Assembly (NCBI GenBank): GCA_964549615.1
Contig: CAZJVP010000072.1
Coordinates: 38,803 to 102,802 of the forward strand
Origin: an uncultured Thermococci archaeon
GTDB taxonomy: Archaea; CAYQAE01; CAYVLA01
Direction: 5' to 3'
DNA length: 64,000 bases
Shown here: one piece after another, positions 47,189 to 57,419 of the stretch
Layout of the letters: each line of letters opens with the position of its first letter
Numbering within the stretch: position 1 is the first letter of the stretch
Notes under the pieces: model-generated
What the model saw: the letters and a program-made list of their open reading frames with translations, nothing else
The model's database searches: none
What the model was told of the DNA's origin: nothing
Made by a program: the position numbers and the translations under genes

Positions 47189-48403
47189 ATGAGAACATTG
47201 GGCTGCTTCTGTTCCGCCAAGCATGTTTGGATCCTGGTAGCCTTACTTCTTGTGATCTGGCTGGCCCCTGCGGTCCCGGGCGCCAAGGAGGATCTGAGGA
47301 TCAACTGTTTCCTGCTGGGCTCGGTCTTGCGGGGAATCTGTCCCCTTCCAGAGTATTTCTCTGAGGACCCCCTCTTCACGTACGAATCCGACCCTCAACA
47401 GGCCGGTCTCTCACTAGAGGAGAGGAAGAGGCTCGATCGCCTTTACTTCCCGCGCAACAAGCAGACCCTGATCACCAAGTTTGACATGTACTTCGTCTAC
47501 GACCCCCGCCTTGACCATTTCACGCCGAGACAGTTCATGGACCTCTATGAAGCATCTGTCGAGGAGGGGATGCCCTCGCTTTGGGCCTTCGGGCCTTCAT
47601 ATGGCTACATCTGCCAGACCATCCTTAACGACGTCCTGCCCATATCAGCCTACGATGGCTACTACCACAAACCTTGGCACGTGGTATTCCGCAGGAATTT
47701 GGAGCCCGTTTTCACGCCTTTCATCGAGCTCGGGATGGAGAGAGTGCCAGGGGAGGCCTACGGTCGGATGCAGCCGCGCCAGGGCACGGTCACCTGGGCG
47801 GACATGAAGCCCTTCGATCTCCCTTGGATGGTTTCCTGGAGGCCCGGGCCAAAGGGAGGGCTGTCGTGGGTCTGCGCCGACGAGTTCAACGTGGTTTGGT
47901 GGGCCCTGACCTTGGAGACTAGGGGTATGAATCCCTACGCCATAGACCTCATGACCAACTTGGTCCTTTACTCCCTGAACAGGCCGTTGATAAGTGACAT
48001 CCAGCTCAGGCGTAACGCTAGGGCGAGGCTTTCGAGCTTCAGGTCCGAGGTGATCGGCATACTCTCGATGTTGGAGTTCGCGGACAAGTTCGGAGCCAAC
48101 ACCATCCCGCTATCAAAGAGGATCGCGGAGTTGGAATCCGACGTTCAGGATGCGCGGGACAGGTACCTCGAGCAGGACTACGCGAATTCGATAAGCCTCA
48201 CCGAGGCAGCATCACAGACCCTCGCGAAGATAGGAACCGATGCTGTGCGCCTGAAGGATCAGGCGCTCTTCTGGGTTTTCGTGTCCGAGTGGCTTACCGT
48301 AACCGCGGCATCCTTGTTCGGCGGAGCAGTAGTGTGGACGCTGATGATCCGCAGAAAGATGTACAGAGCCGTCAAGGTAACTAGGGTCAAGCCAAGCTAC
48401 TGA
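47189..48403 (+). CDS. Uncharacterised membrane-anchored protein (paralog 4 of 4)
   Basis: Signal peptide, DPLF, LYFPRN, FADKFGANT, YLEQDY, ALFWVFVSEW...VWTLMIRRKMYRAV. TATA gaaacgTTTTAAg at about 47146-47158. Confidence 0.7.
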   Translation: MRTLGCFCSAKHVWILVALLLVIWLAPAVPGAKEDLRINCFLLGSVLRGICPLPEYFSEDPLFTYESDPQQAGLSLEERKRLDRLYFPRNKQTLITKFDMYFVYDPRLDHFTPRQFMDLYEASVEEGMPSLWAFGPSYGYICQTILNDVLPISAYDGYYHKPWHVVFRRNLEPVFTPFIELGMERVPGEAYGRMQPRQGTVTWADMKPFDLPWMVSWRPGPKGGLSWVCADEFNVVWWALTLETRGMNPYAIDLMTNLVLYSLNRPLISDIQLRRNARARLSSFRSEVIGILSMLEFADKFGANTIPLSKRIAELESDVQDARDRYLEQDYANSISLTEAASQTLAKIGTDAVRLKDQALFWVFVSEWLTVTAASLFGGAVVWTLMIRRKMYRAVKVTRVKPSY

Positions 48404-48476
48404 GGCTAGCGCTGCCAACTGGCAGATAGAGGGCCGGTCCTGCCGCGAGCAGCCCCGGTTGACGAAGCCCCTCGAC

Positions 48477-49673
48477 CTACAATTCCCTGGGATCAACGAT
48501 CATCAGGGACGCCTCGTGGACCCACTTAGGGTCTGTGTCGGACTTCAACAGGCCACCGAAGTAGAGCCTCCCATCCTTCCCCGTGCAGGCAGCAAAGACA
48601 GCAAACGCGTATACGCCCTCGATTCCGGACCACATCTCGCCGCAGTCCCGCTTCTCAGACTTCTTGGGATCGTAGCAGATAAGGTGAGCGGGTTTGCCTT
48701 TCACTGGAGCTATGTAATAGACCTTTCCGTCCTTGCCGTAAGTGATGGCATGGTAGAGTTCTGACTCGGACGTAGAGGTTTCCTCCACCACGCCGCCCCT
48801 GCCAAGGTCCCTGAGCCGTCCCTCACCGCGCGAACCTGCGACGTACTCGAAGAGATAACCTCCGAGACGAACCATCTTCTCGCCCTGATCAAGCAAGGTG
48901 GAAAGCCCGTAGAGCCTTCCCCGAGCCGGGTCGGTGCAGAGGGCAAAGACGCTAATCAGGTCGGCCTCATGGCCACCATTTGGCACCCTCAGCCCAAGCT
49001 TTTCGATCCGCTTCTCTTCTGGGTCGTAGCGAAGGAGATAGCCCTTGTCGTCGAAGGTGTACGCGCGGCCATCCGAGAGATAGGCCACGGTCCGGGTTGG
49101 GTACTTTCCGATGCTCCCCTTCACCTCGGTCACCCGGGTGGCGATGTCGTACTCTATAAGCATTGCCCCCTTGTGGGTCGTTGCACAGAGCTTCGTGCCC
49201 TCCGGGTCAACGGCCAGGCCCATCAGGGACTCGCCAGGAACCGCTATCCCCAAGTCCTCCATCCTGTCCGCGGATGGGTCGTAACTCACCCAGTGACCCC
49301 CCGGGTAGCCCTCCGAAAACCTGTCCTTGTACTCGGGAGGAACGTAGTCCCTCTCCACGCTATGGGTGCCAAAATAGGCCTTGCCGTCCCGGCAGAAAAC
49401 GATTGGGGTGTGTATCTTTGACTGGGCACATACCCTATCCATGCCCCGCTGGCCCGTTACATCCTGCATATCGCCGAGATCATACATCTTGTCCTCATCC
49501 GGATCGTAGCGGACGAGATGAGCGCCTCCCGGTTTGTCGGCGAGCTTGAACGCGAAGGCGTAGTCGCAGACCCCAGTGTAGATGTCCCCATCTGGTGAAG
49601 TGCCCATGGCACTGTAGATGTGCCAGGACCCGGGTCCGAGCCCAAACGAGCGGACCTCCACATGCACCGTCAA
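48477..49673 (-). CDS. Beta-propeller repeat protein
   Basis: Repeated DG.(I/L)Y.G and YDP...DLG units; SKIH motif. Confidence 0.65.
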   Translation of the reverse strand: MTVHVEVRSFGLGPGSWHIYSAMGTSPDGDIYTGVCDYAFAFKLADKPGGAHLVRYDPDEDKMYDLGDMQDVTGQRGMDRVCAQSKIHTPIVFCRDGKAYFGTHSVERDYVPPEYKDRFSEGYPGGHWVSYDPSADRMEDLGIAVPGESLMGLAVDPEGTKLCATTHKGAMLIEYDIATRVTEVKGSIGKYPTRTVAYLSDGRAYTFDDKGYLLRYDPEEKRIEKLGLRVPNGGHEADLISVFALCTDPARGRLYGLSTLLDQGEKMVRLGGYLFEYVAGSRGEGRLRDLGRGGVVEETSTSESELYHAITYGKDGKVYYIAPVKGKPAHLICYDPKKSEKRDCGEMWSGIEGVYAFAVFAACTGKDGRLYFGGLLKSDTDPKWVHEASLMIVDPREL

Positions 49674-49759
49674 GGAAGCCCTCCAGCGCCCCACCTCATC
49701 CGGGATCATTTTTAAATCTGCACTTTTGGTGGAGGCGGCAACCGAAGGAGGAAGGCGCT

Positions 49760-50569
49760 GTGGTTTTCATGATAGCTCACAGGGGGGCAAACAAGTTCGC
49801 GCCCGAGAATACGATTCCCGCCTACGAGAAGGCAATCGAGATGGGCATGGACTACATAGAGATGGATGTCCATTCCACCAAGGATGGGTACCTAGTCATG
49901 TCACACGACTGGACCGTTGACAGGATGACGAATGGGCATGGCAGGATCGGCGAGATGACGCTGGAGCAGATCAAGAGCCTCGATGCCGGGGTCAAATTTA
50001 GCCCCGAGTTCAAGGGCACCAGGATTCCCACACTGGACGAAGCTCTCGAGACATGCAAAGGCAGGATCAAGGTCTACCTGGATCTAAAGGGAGCGCCGGT
50101 GCCCGCCGTAATCGAGGCGCTTGACAGGCACGGAATGATACCGGACACCGTTGTCTATTCATCGATCCGGGTCCTGGTGGAGATCAAGAAGCTACGGCCG
50201 GATCTGGCGGTGATGCCGGGGCCGGACGGTTGGCTTCGCCTGCCGGGCCTCGCGGCCCTGGTCGTCAAGACGCTCCCCGCCGAGGTCATGGACTCAAACC
50301 TCGTTGAGTGGACCAAGGAGAGGGTCGATGAGGTGCACGCAGCGGGCGGACTCGTCTTCGTCGACACCTTAGGGATCAAAGACAACAAAGAGGGGATGAT
50401 GGAGGCCATAGAGATGGGCGTCGATGGGATAGACACGGATCACCCCGATGTTTTGCTCCAAGTCGTGGATGAGCTTGGGCTTCGACGGCCGAGAGGCCGC
50501 GGGCGGGAGGGTGGCCTCCGATCGCAAGCCCAAGCCGCGCCCAAGAGCGGGGGGCGATCAAGAACCTAA
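49760..50569 (+). CDS. Glycerophosphodiester phosphodiesterase
   Basis: AHRGA...PENT, EMDVH.TKDG, HD.TVDR.T, IPTLDE, GVDGI.TD.P. Confidence 0.9.
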   Translation: MVFMIAHRGANKFAPENTIPAYEKAIEMGMDYIEMDVHSTKDGYLVMSHDWTVDRMTNGHGRIGEMTLEQIKSLDAGVKFSPEFKGTRIPTLDEALETCKGRIKVYLDLKGAPVPAVIEALDRHGMIPDTVVYSSIRVLVEIKKLRPDLAVMPGPDGWLRLPGLAALVVKTLPAEVMDSNLVEWTKERVDEVHAAGGLVFVDTLGIKDNKEGMMEAIEMGVDGIDTDHPDVLLQVVDELGLRRPRGRGREGGLRSQAQAAPKSGGRSRT

Positions 50570-50597
50570 TAAGCGAGCTCGTTGGTTGGGCCCTCCC

Positions 50598-53465
50598 ATG
50601 GTGCGGGAAAAGGCTGCATCGAAAGGCCCCATCATCGTAGCTCCGAGGCAAGCTAGCTGGCGTACGGTCTATGCGGCGAGGCAATTCGCCAAGTACGCCT
50701 CAAGGATGCTGGGGCGCAGCGTCCGGGTCGTGAGATCGAACAGGACGAGAAAGAGGGGGGACAAGGTATTCATCGGACTTATGAGGGACTCCGAGATCTC
50801 GCAGGCCCTCGATTCCGCGGCGATCCGCGTTGATAGAACCCGACTTGGGCGCGAAGGCTTCGTCATCCAGTCGTTCCGGCAGCCCGAGGGGCGCCAACTT
50901 GTCATTGCGGCGGAAGGCGACGTCGGCGTTCTCTACGGCGTATACCACTACCTAGAACATTGTTGCAAGGTAGGTTTCTTCTGGAGCGACGAGCACGTGC
51001 CCCGGCTGAGGCGGCTGCCCATGCAGGACATTCATTTCGTCGAGAACCCGAGATTCACTGAGCGCTACATGACCAGCCCCGGCGGCTACAGCTTCTCGGA
51101 ATACTGGACATGGTCTGACTGGAAGAAGGACCTCGAATACAGGGTGAAGAAGAAGCATAACCTGATCAGCCTGTTCCTTGGGTACGACCTTGTCTGGAGG
51201 GAAGTCCTCGGCCGCCACGGGGTTACGCCCAAGCCGCTTACGAGGTCAGACATCTTCAGAGACCAGCTGGCGAAGCGGGTCTACAACTACGCTCGAAAGC
51301 TGGGACTCAGAACGATAACGCCCGCGTTCATGGGGGACGTTCCGGCCGAGTTCGCGGCGGCGAACCCCCAAGTGAGATATGTTGAGATGAAGAAATGGGA
51401 CCTCAGCGCTCCTAGGAGTAGACACATCTACCCGACCGATCCGATGTTCAAGGCCCTGGGAGAGGAATTCCTCAGGGCATACGCGGCCAGATACGGGACC
51501 GACCACTACTACTTCGTGTCGCCGTACCCAGAAGCCTATCCCGGCGCGACCGCGGAAGAGAAGCGGAGCATAAAGTTGGACTTCGCCAAAGCGGTCCAAG
51601 AGTACATGGCTTCCGCTGATCCCGAGTGGAGGTGGCTGGCCGACAGCTGGACTTTCTTCACAGCTGAATTCTGGCCGCCGGAGGAAGTCAAGGCATTCTG
51701 TCTGGCGACGAATCCGGAGAGATTCGCGATCTACGACACCTGGGGTGAGGAGCGGCCGTTATACCGCATCCACAACTACTACTACGGGAGATCCTGGGCT
51801 CTGGGGATTCTCCATTGCTTCGGAGGCAATACCACGCTGAGGGGCAACCTTCAGGGTTTGATCGATTCCGTGCAGTCCGTGGATAGGGACCCCAACGCTG
51901 GCCGGTGCAGGGGCATCTTCCTCGTGCCGGAGGTAATCCACCATAACGATCTCTACTTCGACCTAATCATGAGGCTATGGTGGAACCCGGCATCCGTGAC
52001 CCTGGAAGAGTTCATCAAGGACTACGCTGAGAGAAGGTATGGATCACGCTCCGCGCCACTGATGGCCCGCGTCTTGGGAAAGCTCGCAGCCAGCGTATAC
52101 GGCGACAGCGACCTGACCCAACCGCTCTTCCTTCGGAGGCTTTTCAGTGGATTCGACACCCCCAACACGGAACACTACGTGCCGCCCGTCCATGCGACCT
52201 ATGCGCTTCGCGTTGGCGAGGCCATTTCGCTTGCGCTGAAGTCTAGCGGGGCACAGAGACGCAACACTCTGTACCTGCGGGACCTTGTTGACATGGCCCG
52301 TCGATACTATGGGGACATATTCAACCAGTGGATACCCAGGCTGTATTACGCCTTCGACGCCGGGGATGGAGAGGCTTTCCGCAAGTATAGGGGCCGGATC
52401 GAAACATGTCTGGATGCCATCGAGGAAATCCTATGGAGCTGGAAGCCGTACAGCCTGAAGTACTTCTTCTCCAAGATTCGAAAGACACCAGCTTATGATC
52501 CTTCAAGGGAGAAGGCGACCAGGGATATGCTTTCGCTGTGGGAGTCGGAGAACCTTCTGGACTACGAAAGGCGGGATGATCTAGCTGAACTATTCACAAA
52601 CTACTACCGACCCAGGGTCCGCGCATATCTGGACCACCTTCAAACGCGTCTCGGGCGGCCGCAGCCCGGCGTCGACTCGACTTTCCTGGAGGCCGCATAC
52701 GTGGCGGCCGGAAGGGCATGGATCGACGGACCGTGGGTCAGGCCACGGATCAAGCACCGCGAGGACCCCGTGGGCGCCGTCAAAGCAGCTTTCAGGAAAC
52801 TGAGGCCCTCCACAGACGAGCTCCTGCCCACCTGCCGTGACGATCTTCGCAACCCATCCTTCGCGGATGGCTTCGCCGGGTGGCATGTTGCGCGAAGCAG
52901 GATCGAAGCAAGGGTGGAAGGGGAAGCGGGCCCGGGAAGGTCTCCAGCCTTGCTCTTTGAGGGCCGAACCCAAGAGATGATGAAGTATCTGACAGTCTGG
53001 CAGGACATCAGTGCGCGGGACGATCTTTCGTTCGAACTTGACTGGCTGTTGCAAGCATTCGGGCCCAGCGCCCGCGCCGGATTCAGGGTGGAGTCGTTCG
53101 ACTCCTCCCTTCGCAAGAAGGCTGAGATTACACACCAGTTCGGGGAGGGACGCGACTACTGGCCTGACAGGACGCGGCCCGACATAGCGGGCCCCGACTG
53201 GGCCATAGGCGTTGACGCGAGGCTTGAATGGTGGACCGGCTTCTACGCCGTCAAGCGCCGGATAGGAAAGCAGCTGAACACGTGGACGCATCTTAGCGTG
53301 ACACCCAAGGACGAACTGGACCGTGCCCACGGCAAGGGCACCTGGGAGAAGCTGGCGCCAGCGCGCCTGAGAATATCCCTGATAGCGTCGAGCCGCCTGC
53401 CGGAGGATCCGATAGCCGGCGGGTTTGCGAACCTTCGTGTTTCACGCAGCAATGAAATCGAGTGA
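50598..53465 (+). CDS. GH89 alpha-N-acetylglucosaminidase (NAGLU)-like protein with C-terminal CBM-like domain
   Basis: N-terminal GH20-like domain (EGFVI, G.LYGVY.YL); YS...WTW.DW, PAF.G.VP, PYPE, SWTF, LHCFGG, PEV; C-terminal NPSF..G..GW. Confidence 0.75.
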   Translation: MVREKAASKGPIIVAPRQASWRTVYAARQFAKYASRMLGRSVRVVRSNRTRKRGDKVFIGLMRDSEISQALDSAAIRVDRTRLGREGFVIQSFRQPEGRQLVIAAEGDVGVLYGVYHYLEHCCKVGFFWSDEHVPRLRRLPMQDIHFVENPRFTERYMTSPGGYSFSEYWTWSDWKKDLEYRVKKKHNLISLFLGYDLVWREVLGRHGVTPKPLTRSDIFRDQLAKRVYNYARKLGLRTITPAFMGDVPAEFAAANPQVRYVEMKKWDLSAPRSRHIYPTDPMFKALGEEFLRAYAARYGTDHYYFVSPYPEAYPGATAEEKRSIKLDFAKAVQEYMASADPEWRWLADSWTFFTAEFWPPEEVKAFCLATNPERFAIYDTWGEERPLYRIHNYYYGRSWALGILHCFGGNTTLRGNLQGLIDSVQSVDRDPNAGRCRGIFLVPEVIHHNDLYFDLIMRLWWNPASVTLEEFIKDYAERRYGSRSAPLMARVLGKLAASVYGDSDLTQPLFLRRLFSGFDTPNTEHYVPPVHATYALRVGEAISLALKSSGAQRRNTLYLRDLVDMARRYYGDIFNQWIPRLYYAFDAGDGEAFRKYRGRIETCLDAIEEILWSWKPYSLKYFFSKIRKTPAYDPSREKATRDMLSLWESENLLDYERRDDLAELFTNYYRPRVRAYLDHLQTRLGRPQPGVDSTFLEAAYVAAGRAWIDGPWVRPRIKHREDPVGAVKAAFRKLRPSTDELLPTCRDDLRNPSFADGFAGWHVARSRIEARVEGEAGPGRSPALLFEGRTQEMMKYLTVWQDISARDDLSFELDWLLQAFGPSARAGFRVESFDSSLRKKAEITHQFGEGRDYWPDRTRPDIAGPDWAIGVDARLEWWTGFYAVKRRIGKQLNTWTHLSVTPKDELDRAHGKGTWEKLAPARLRISLIASSRLPEDPIAGGFANLRVSRSNEIE

Positions 53466-53567
53466 TGCGCAGGCGCATGCCCAGCGAGTCGGCCGGTGAG
53501 CGTCGATTGCGAGTCAGAAACAGATAAATCGCCCGATCGCTTCCCGCCGTCGACTGGAGGACCGTGC

Positions 53568-54452
53568 TTGCGCAATTCTCCTTTCAGACTTGGCGTCATA
53601 AGCGACGAGATATCACAGGACTTGGACGTCGTGATCAAGACCGCGGAGGACTACAACCTCGATTCCGTCGAGATAAGGTCCGTCTGGGATGTCAAGGTCC
53701 AAGATCTACGAAATGACCATCTTAGAAGGCTTCGCGAAGACCTAGGCGCAGCCGGCCTCACTGTGGCAAGCATCGCTTCGCCGTTCCTGAAGTGTGAGAT
53801 CGACAGCCCGAAGGAGTATCGGGACCACATCTCGATCTTCAAGAGGTGCATACAGATTGCCCGGGCTCTCGATACCCAGATAGTCAGAGGTTTCACCTTC
53901 TGGCGAAAGGGCGGATTAGAAGGCTTGGCCAAGTACTGGGACACCATAGTCGAGAAGTTCGCCGAGCCGACCGAGATCGCGGAGAGCGAGGACATCATAC
54001 TTGCAGTGGAGAACGAGCAAAGCTGCTTCGTCGGCACCGGGGTTGACCTTGCGCGTTTTCTCTCGGAGATCGACTCCAAGCATGTCAGGGCCATCTGGGA
54101 CCCGGGCAATGCCTACTACGACGATGCCCGTGAACGAGCCTACCCGGATGGCTACCGGGCCGTCAAGGACTGGATCGTGCACGTCCATCTGAAGGACGTC
54201 GTGATCAACCGTCAGACCGGGAAGCCCGAGTGCGTGCCCGTGGGAACCGGCGAGGTCGACATCGAGGGACAACTGAAAGCCCTCAAACAAGACTGCTACT
54301 CTGGGTGCGTCTCCCTGGAGACCCACTGGCGGCCGAAGGCGCTGGACGAGGAACTCCTCGCGAGGCCGGGTGGCAGGGAATTCTCCTCGTCCGGGGAGTA
54401 CGCTTCCAGGGTGTGCCTCGAGAACATCCGAAGGATCCTGGACAGGATATAG
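53568..54452 (+). CDS. Sugar phosphate isomerase/epimerase (xylose isomerase-like)
   Basis: GVISDEISQD, VEIR, SPFLK, VENE, WDPGN, HVHLKD, SLETH. Confidence 0.85.
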   Translation: MRNSPFRLGVISDEISQDLDVVIKTAEDYNLDSVEIRSVWDVKVQDLRNDHLRRLREDLGAAGLTVASIASPFLKCEIDSPKEYRDHISIFKRCIQIARALDTQIVRGFTFWRKGGLEGLAKYWDTIVEKFAEPTEIAESEDIILAVENEQSCFVGTGVDLARFLSEIDSKHVRAIWDPGNAYYDDARERAYPDGYRAVKDWIVHVHLKDVVINRQTGKPECVPVGTGEVDIEGQLKALKQDCYSGCVSLETHWRPKALDEELLARPGGREFSSSGEYASRVCLENIRRILDRI

Positions 54453-54523
54453 ACCCAGCATTCTGCAATGATTCCAAAGGATGGGCGGAAACGAATAAGA
54501 GCTTCGCCCTGCACTGGGGAAGC

Positions 54524-55183
54524 ATGATTCAGGGCATCCTTTTCGACCTAGGCGGCACCCTTGTCGAGGGGAGCGATCCGACCGAGATCATCGAGTCATT
54601 TCTCCTCGAGGAAGGCATCACGAAGACCCGACAGGAGATCGCGAGCGCGGTCTATCAGGCCGAGCGTTCCTTTTCGGAGGATGACTTCGTCGGCAGCGGC
54701 TTCTGGAGGGAGTGGAACGTTCGAGTCCTCACGGCCTTGGGCGTCGTGTCCGATCGCGAGCGACTCGCATCCAAGATCGACTCCCAGTGGTTCCAACGGG
54801 CGAAGATCAGGCCCTATCCGGAGGTCACGGAAGTCCTCAGGCAACTAAAAATGAAAGGCTTCAGGCTCGGAGCTGTCACCAACGGAATGAGGACGGACAT
54901 TCCGTACCTCGTAGACGGGGCGGGCCTGGGCGACCTGTTGGAGGTCAGGATATCAGCGGACGCTGCAGGTAGGAGGAAGCCGAACCCACGCATATTCCTC
55001 TATGGCGCCAGAGCAATGGGCCTTCACCCCTCAAGCATCGTCTTTGTCGGAGATGATCCGGATCTGGACTATCTTCCATCGCAGTCGGTCGGGATGATGC
55101 CGGTCCTCGTGAACCGCAAGGGGACACAGACGCTCGTCAAGAACGTGATCAGCGATCTCACGGGGATTTGGCGCTTCCTATGA
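54524..55183 (+). CDS. HAD-superfamily hydrolase
   Basis: FDLGGTL, VTN, KPNPRIF, VGDD...D. Confidence 0.88.
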   Translation: MIQGILFDLGGTLVEGSDPTEIIESFLLEEGITKTRQEIASAVYQAERSFSEDDFVGSGFWREWNVRVLTALGVVSDRERLASKIDSQWFQRAKIRPYPEVTEVLRQLKMKGFRLGAVTNGMRTDIPYLVDGAGLGDLLEVRISADAAGRRKPNPRIFLYGARAMGLHPSSIVFVGDDPDLDYLPSQSVGMMPVLVNRKGTQTLVKNVISDLTGIWRFL

Positions 55184-56284
55184 GCCTTCCATGCCCGCCC
55201 GGACGTCACCGTTTATCGTCGTCGCCTCAACTGTGATCTTGACGAGCTTTTGCTCGAACCCGGTCGACCTGGCTTCCTTTTTGTTTGACCTGTCGACCAT
55301 GTAATCGAGAGCCGGCGCTTCCAGCCGGACCGCCCCATTGACCGTGCTCGCCTTCAGGGAGTACCCGATTTCCTCAGCCTGGGGCAGGACGACCACCAGG
55401 TTGCCGTTGGTGGCCTTGAATCGATATGCTCCGGTGCGCGCGCCCAACTCAAGGTCCATCCTCCCGTTCAAGGTCGAGACGTTCGCGCTGCCGAAGGCCA
55501 ACGTGCCGCTGATCGCGCCGTCTACCGTGGATATGCTCAGGTGATCGCCCTCCACATTGGAGAGCTCAAAGTCACCGTTCACGGTCTCGAGATCGGCTTT
55601 CCCCAGTCGAAGATTGCGAACGCTGTAACGCCCGCTAACCGATTTGCACTCGAGATCGATGATGGCTTCTTGCGGAACGCGGACGGTGAGGCTGAGCTTG
55701 CAGCCTCGCCGGCCGAACAGGGACTTCGGCTTCGGCGCCGAGACCGAGATCCGGAACGCGGGGCGGCCTGACTCCGTGTCGCGGGTCATGCTTACATCCG
55801 TTTGGCCGAGAAGCTCCTTGGCCCGTTCAGCGTTTTCTGCGAAAACCTTGACCGAGCCGTTGACCGCGAGCTCCGCGTTTCCCCAGCCCACGACCGTCAG
55901 ATCCAGCATACTGGCATCTACCGTCAGCGAAGCGGTCCTGTCGGTCAGGACTTGCGTCTCCAGTTCGATGTCCCTCGATGCTGACGGGCCGAATCCCTCT
56001 TCATCCAACAGGCCCCAAAATGGCCCTCCCAACGAGGCAAAAAAGCTTCCCAGGATTATCGCTGCACCCACCCCGCTCGCCACCTGGTGCGCGACCTCAG
56101 CGCCCACCTCCACCTCTAGGCTGGAGGAGCCCCGCGAGGTGAAGAACGCGGCAATGCAGACCATCCCCATGCCGAGGACGGCGTAGGCCCTCACTAGGAC
56201 GGGAATATCGCCCCAGCCGACGTTCAGTAGGAGCAGCAGGAACACGCCCAAACCCGCAATGAACGCACCGGTCTTGGGGTTCAC
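55178..56284 (-). CDS. DUF4097 (adhesin-like beta-repeat) membrane protein
   Basis: N-terminal TM helices, then repeated (S/T)-x-(N/S)-G units (KSVSG, ETVNG, STVDG, STLNG, ATNG, TTING). The GTG start overlaps the upstream stop (GTGA). Confidence 0.75.
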   Translation of the reverse strand: MNPKTGAFIAGLGVFLLLLLNVGWGDIPVLVRAYAVLGMGMVCIAAFFTSRGSSSLEVEVGAEVAHQVASGVGAAIILGSFFASLGGPFWGLLDEEGFGPSASRDIELETQVLTDRTASLTVDASMLDLTVVGWGNAELAVNGSVKVFAENAERAKELLGQTDVSMTRDTESGRPAFRISVSAPKPKSLFGRRGCKLSLTVRVPQEAIIDLECKSVSGRYSVRNLRLGKADLETVNGDFELSNVEGDHLSISTVDGAISGTLAFGSANVSTLNGRMDLELGARTGAYRFKATNGNLVVVLPQAEEIGYSLKASTVNGAVRLEAPALDYMVDRSNKKEARSTGFEQKLVKITVEATTINGDVRAGMEGS

Positions 56285-56481
56285 CGAGAGACCCCCTGTC
56301 TTTCCTGCGCCCCGGCCAGAAGATGGGTCCCAACGATCCCGATGCCGTAGAGGATCAGGAAAGTCCCGATCAGCTGAAGCACGTTGTCGATGCTCCCCAG
56401 CTCCCAAAGAATCCAGAGAACCGACACGATGACGAAGAAGAGGCCGTGATACACGTAGCCCAGGTTTCTCGGTGTAGCCAA
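56281..56481 (-). CDS. Small two-TM membrane protein
   Basis: TTG start after gagggg; two hydrophobic helices; translationally coupled to the DUF4097 gene. Confidence 0.55.
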   Translation of the reverse strand: MATPRNLGYVYHGLFFVIVSVLWILWELGSIDNVLQLIGTFLILYGIGIVGTHLLAGAQERQGVSR

Positions 56482-56547
56482 ATGGACCCCTCTGCGATCG
56501 AAGAATACCTGCGAGTTGAAAACCTTTTTTCCGATTCGATTCCCTGA

Positions 56548-57252
56548 TCAAGTCCGCCCAACCGGGTCCGTGACGCCGCCGCGCAGGATCTTGACGATGC
56601 CCCAGAGATCGGTCACGACGGGACAGTCGAACTCCCCCTGCCCAAGCCTATCCAACAGCACGGCGCATAAGCCGGCGTTCTTGGCGCCCAGATAGTCAGC
56701 TCCCAGCGAGTCGCCGACGTGGAGGCATCTCTCCCTCGGTACTCCGGCCTCCTCGACCGCCAGATCGAAGATCACCCGATCGGGCTTGTGGGACCTGACA
56801 AGATCCGAGGCAAGGATGAACTGAAACCAGTCCGCTATCCCCAGCTCGGCACATGACTGTTCCAGCATGCAGTTGTAGTTGGACACGACTCCAAGCGTCA
56901 CCCCGAAACCTGCGATCTCAGGCAGGCATTCCTTGACCTCAGCGTAGAGCCGGATCTTGCTCTCGTTGACCACCCTCGTGTGTATCTCCTCTGAAAGGTC
57001 CGTTGCGTCGCGAACGCCCAGGTTCACTAGGATGAGGCGAAAATACTCCCGCCAGAAGTAATCCATCAGCTCCCGAGTTTGAAACTGCTCGCTCCTGTGG
57101 GTTCGATCCGCCATTGCCCTTGCCCTGTCCACGTCGGCCCGGCTGACGCTGAGCCCGTGAGCGGAGCAGACATCTAGGAAGATGTCCCAAACCTCGGGCT
57201 CCCTGTAGGCCAACGTTCCACCGAAGTCCAAGAAGACAGCTGCAAGCTCCAA
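56548..57252 (-). CDS. HAD-superfamily hydrolase
   Basis: FLDFGGTL, VSN, KPD..IF, HVGDS...D..GA..AG. Confidence 0.88.
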   Translation of the reverse strand: MELAAVFLDFGGTLAYREPEVWDIFLDVCSAHGLSVSRADVDRARAMADRTHRSEQFQTRELMDYFWREYFRLILVNLGVRDATDLSEEIHTRVVNESKIRLYAEVKECLPEIAGFGVTLGVVSNYNCMLEQSCAELGIADWFQFILASDLVRSHKPDRVIFDLAVEEAGVPRERCLHVGDSLGADYLGAKNAGLCAVLLDRLGQGEFDCPVVTDLWGIVKILRGGVTDPVGRT

Positions 57253-57419
57253 GTTCGGTCAAGCCCCCACATTGATCTCGACCATAAATGTATGCGCTCC
57301 GCCAGGGGTGTAGGATCCCGCAGATCGAACGCGTCTGAGGTGGTGTGAGGCACTGCAGGCATGCATTTCAAACACAGTTAAATTCACAGCGTGGCACAGA
57401 GATCCAGGAAGGCGCCCAG

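Noticed and set aside
55178-56551. Single 457-aa ORF as listed in the ORF track
   Set aside because: The first 89 codons cross a promoter-like region and a better-supported small membrane gene. The GTGA overlap supports a start at 56284.
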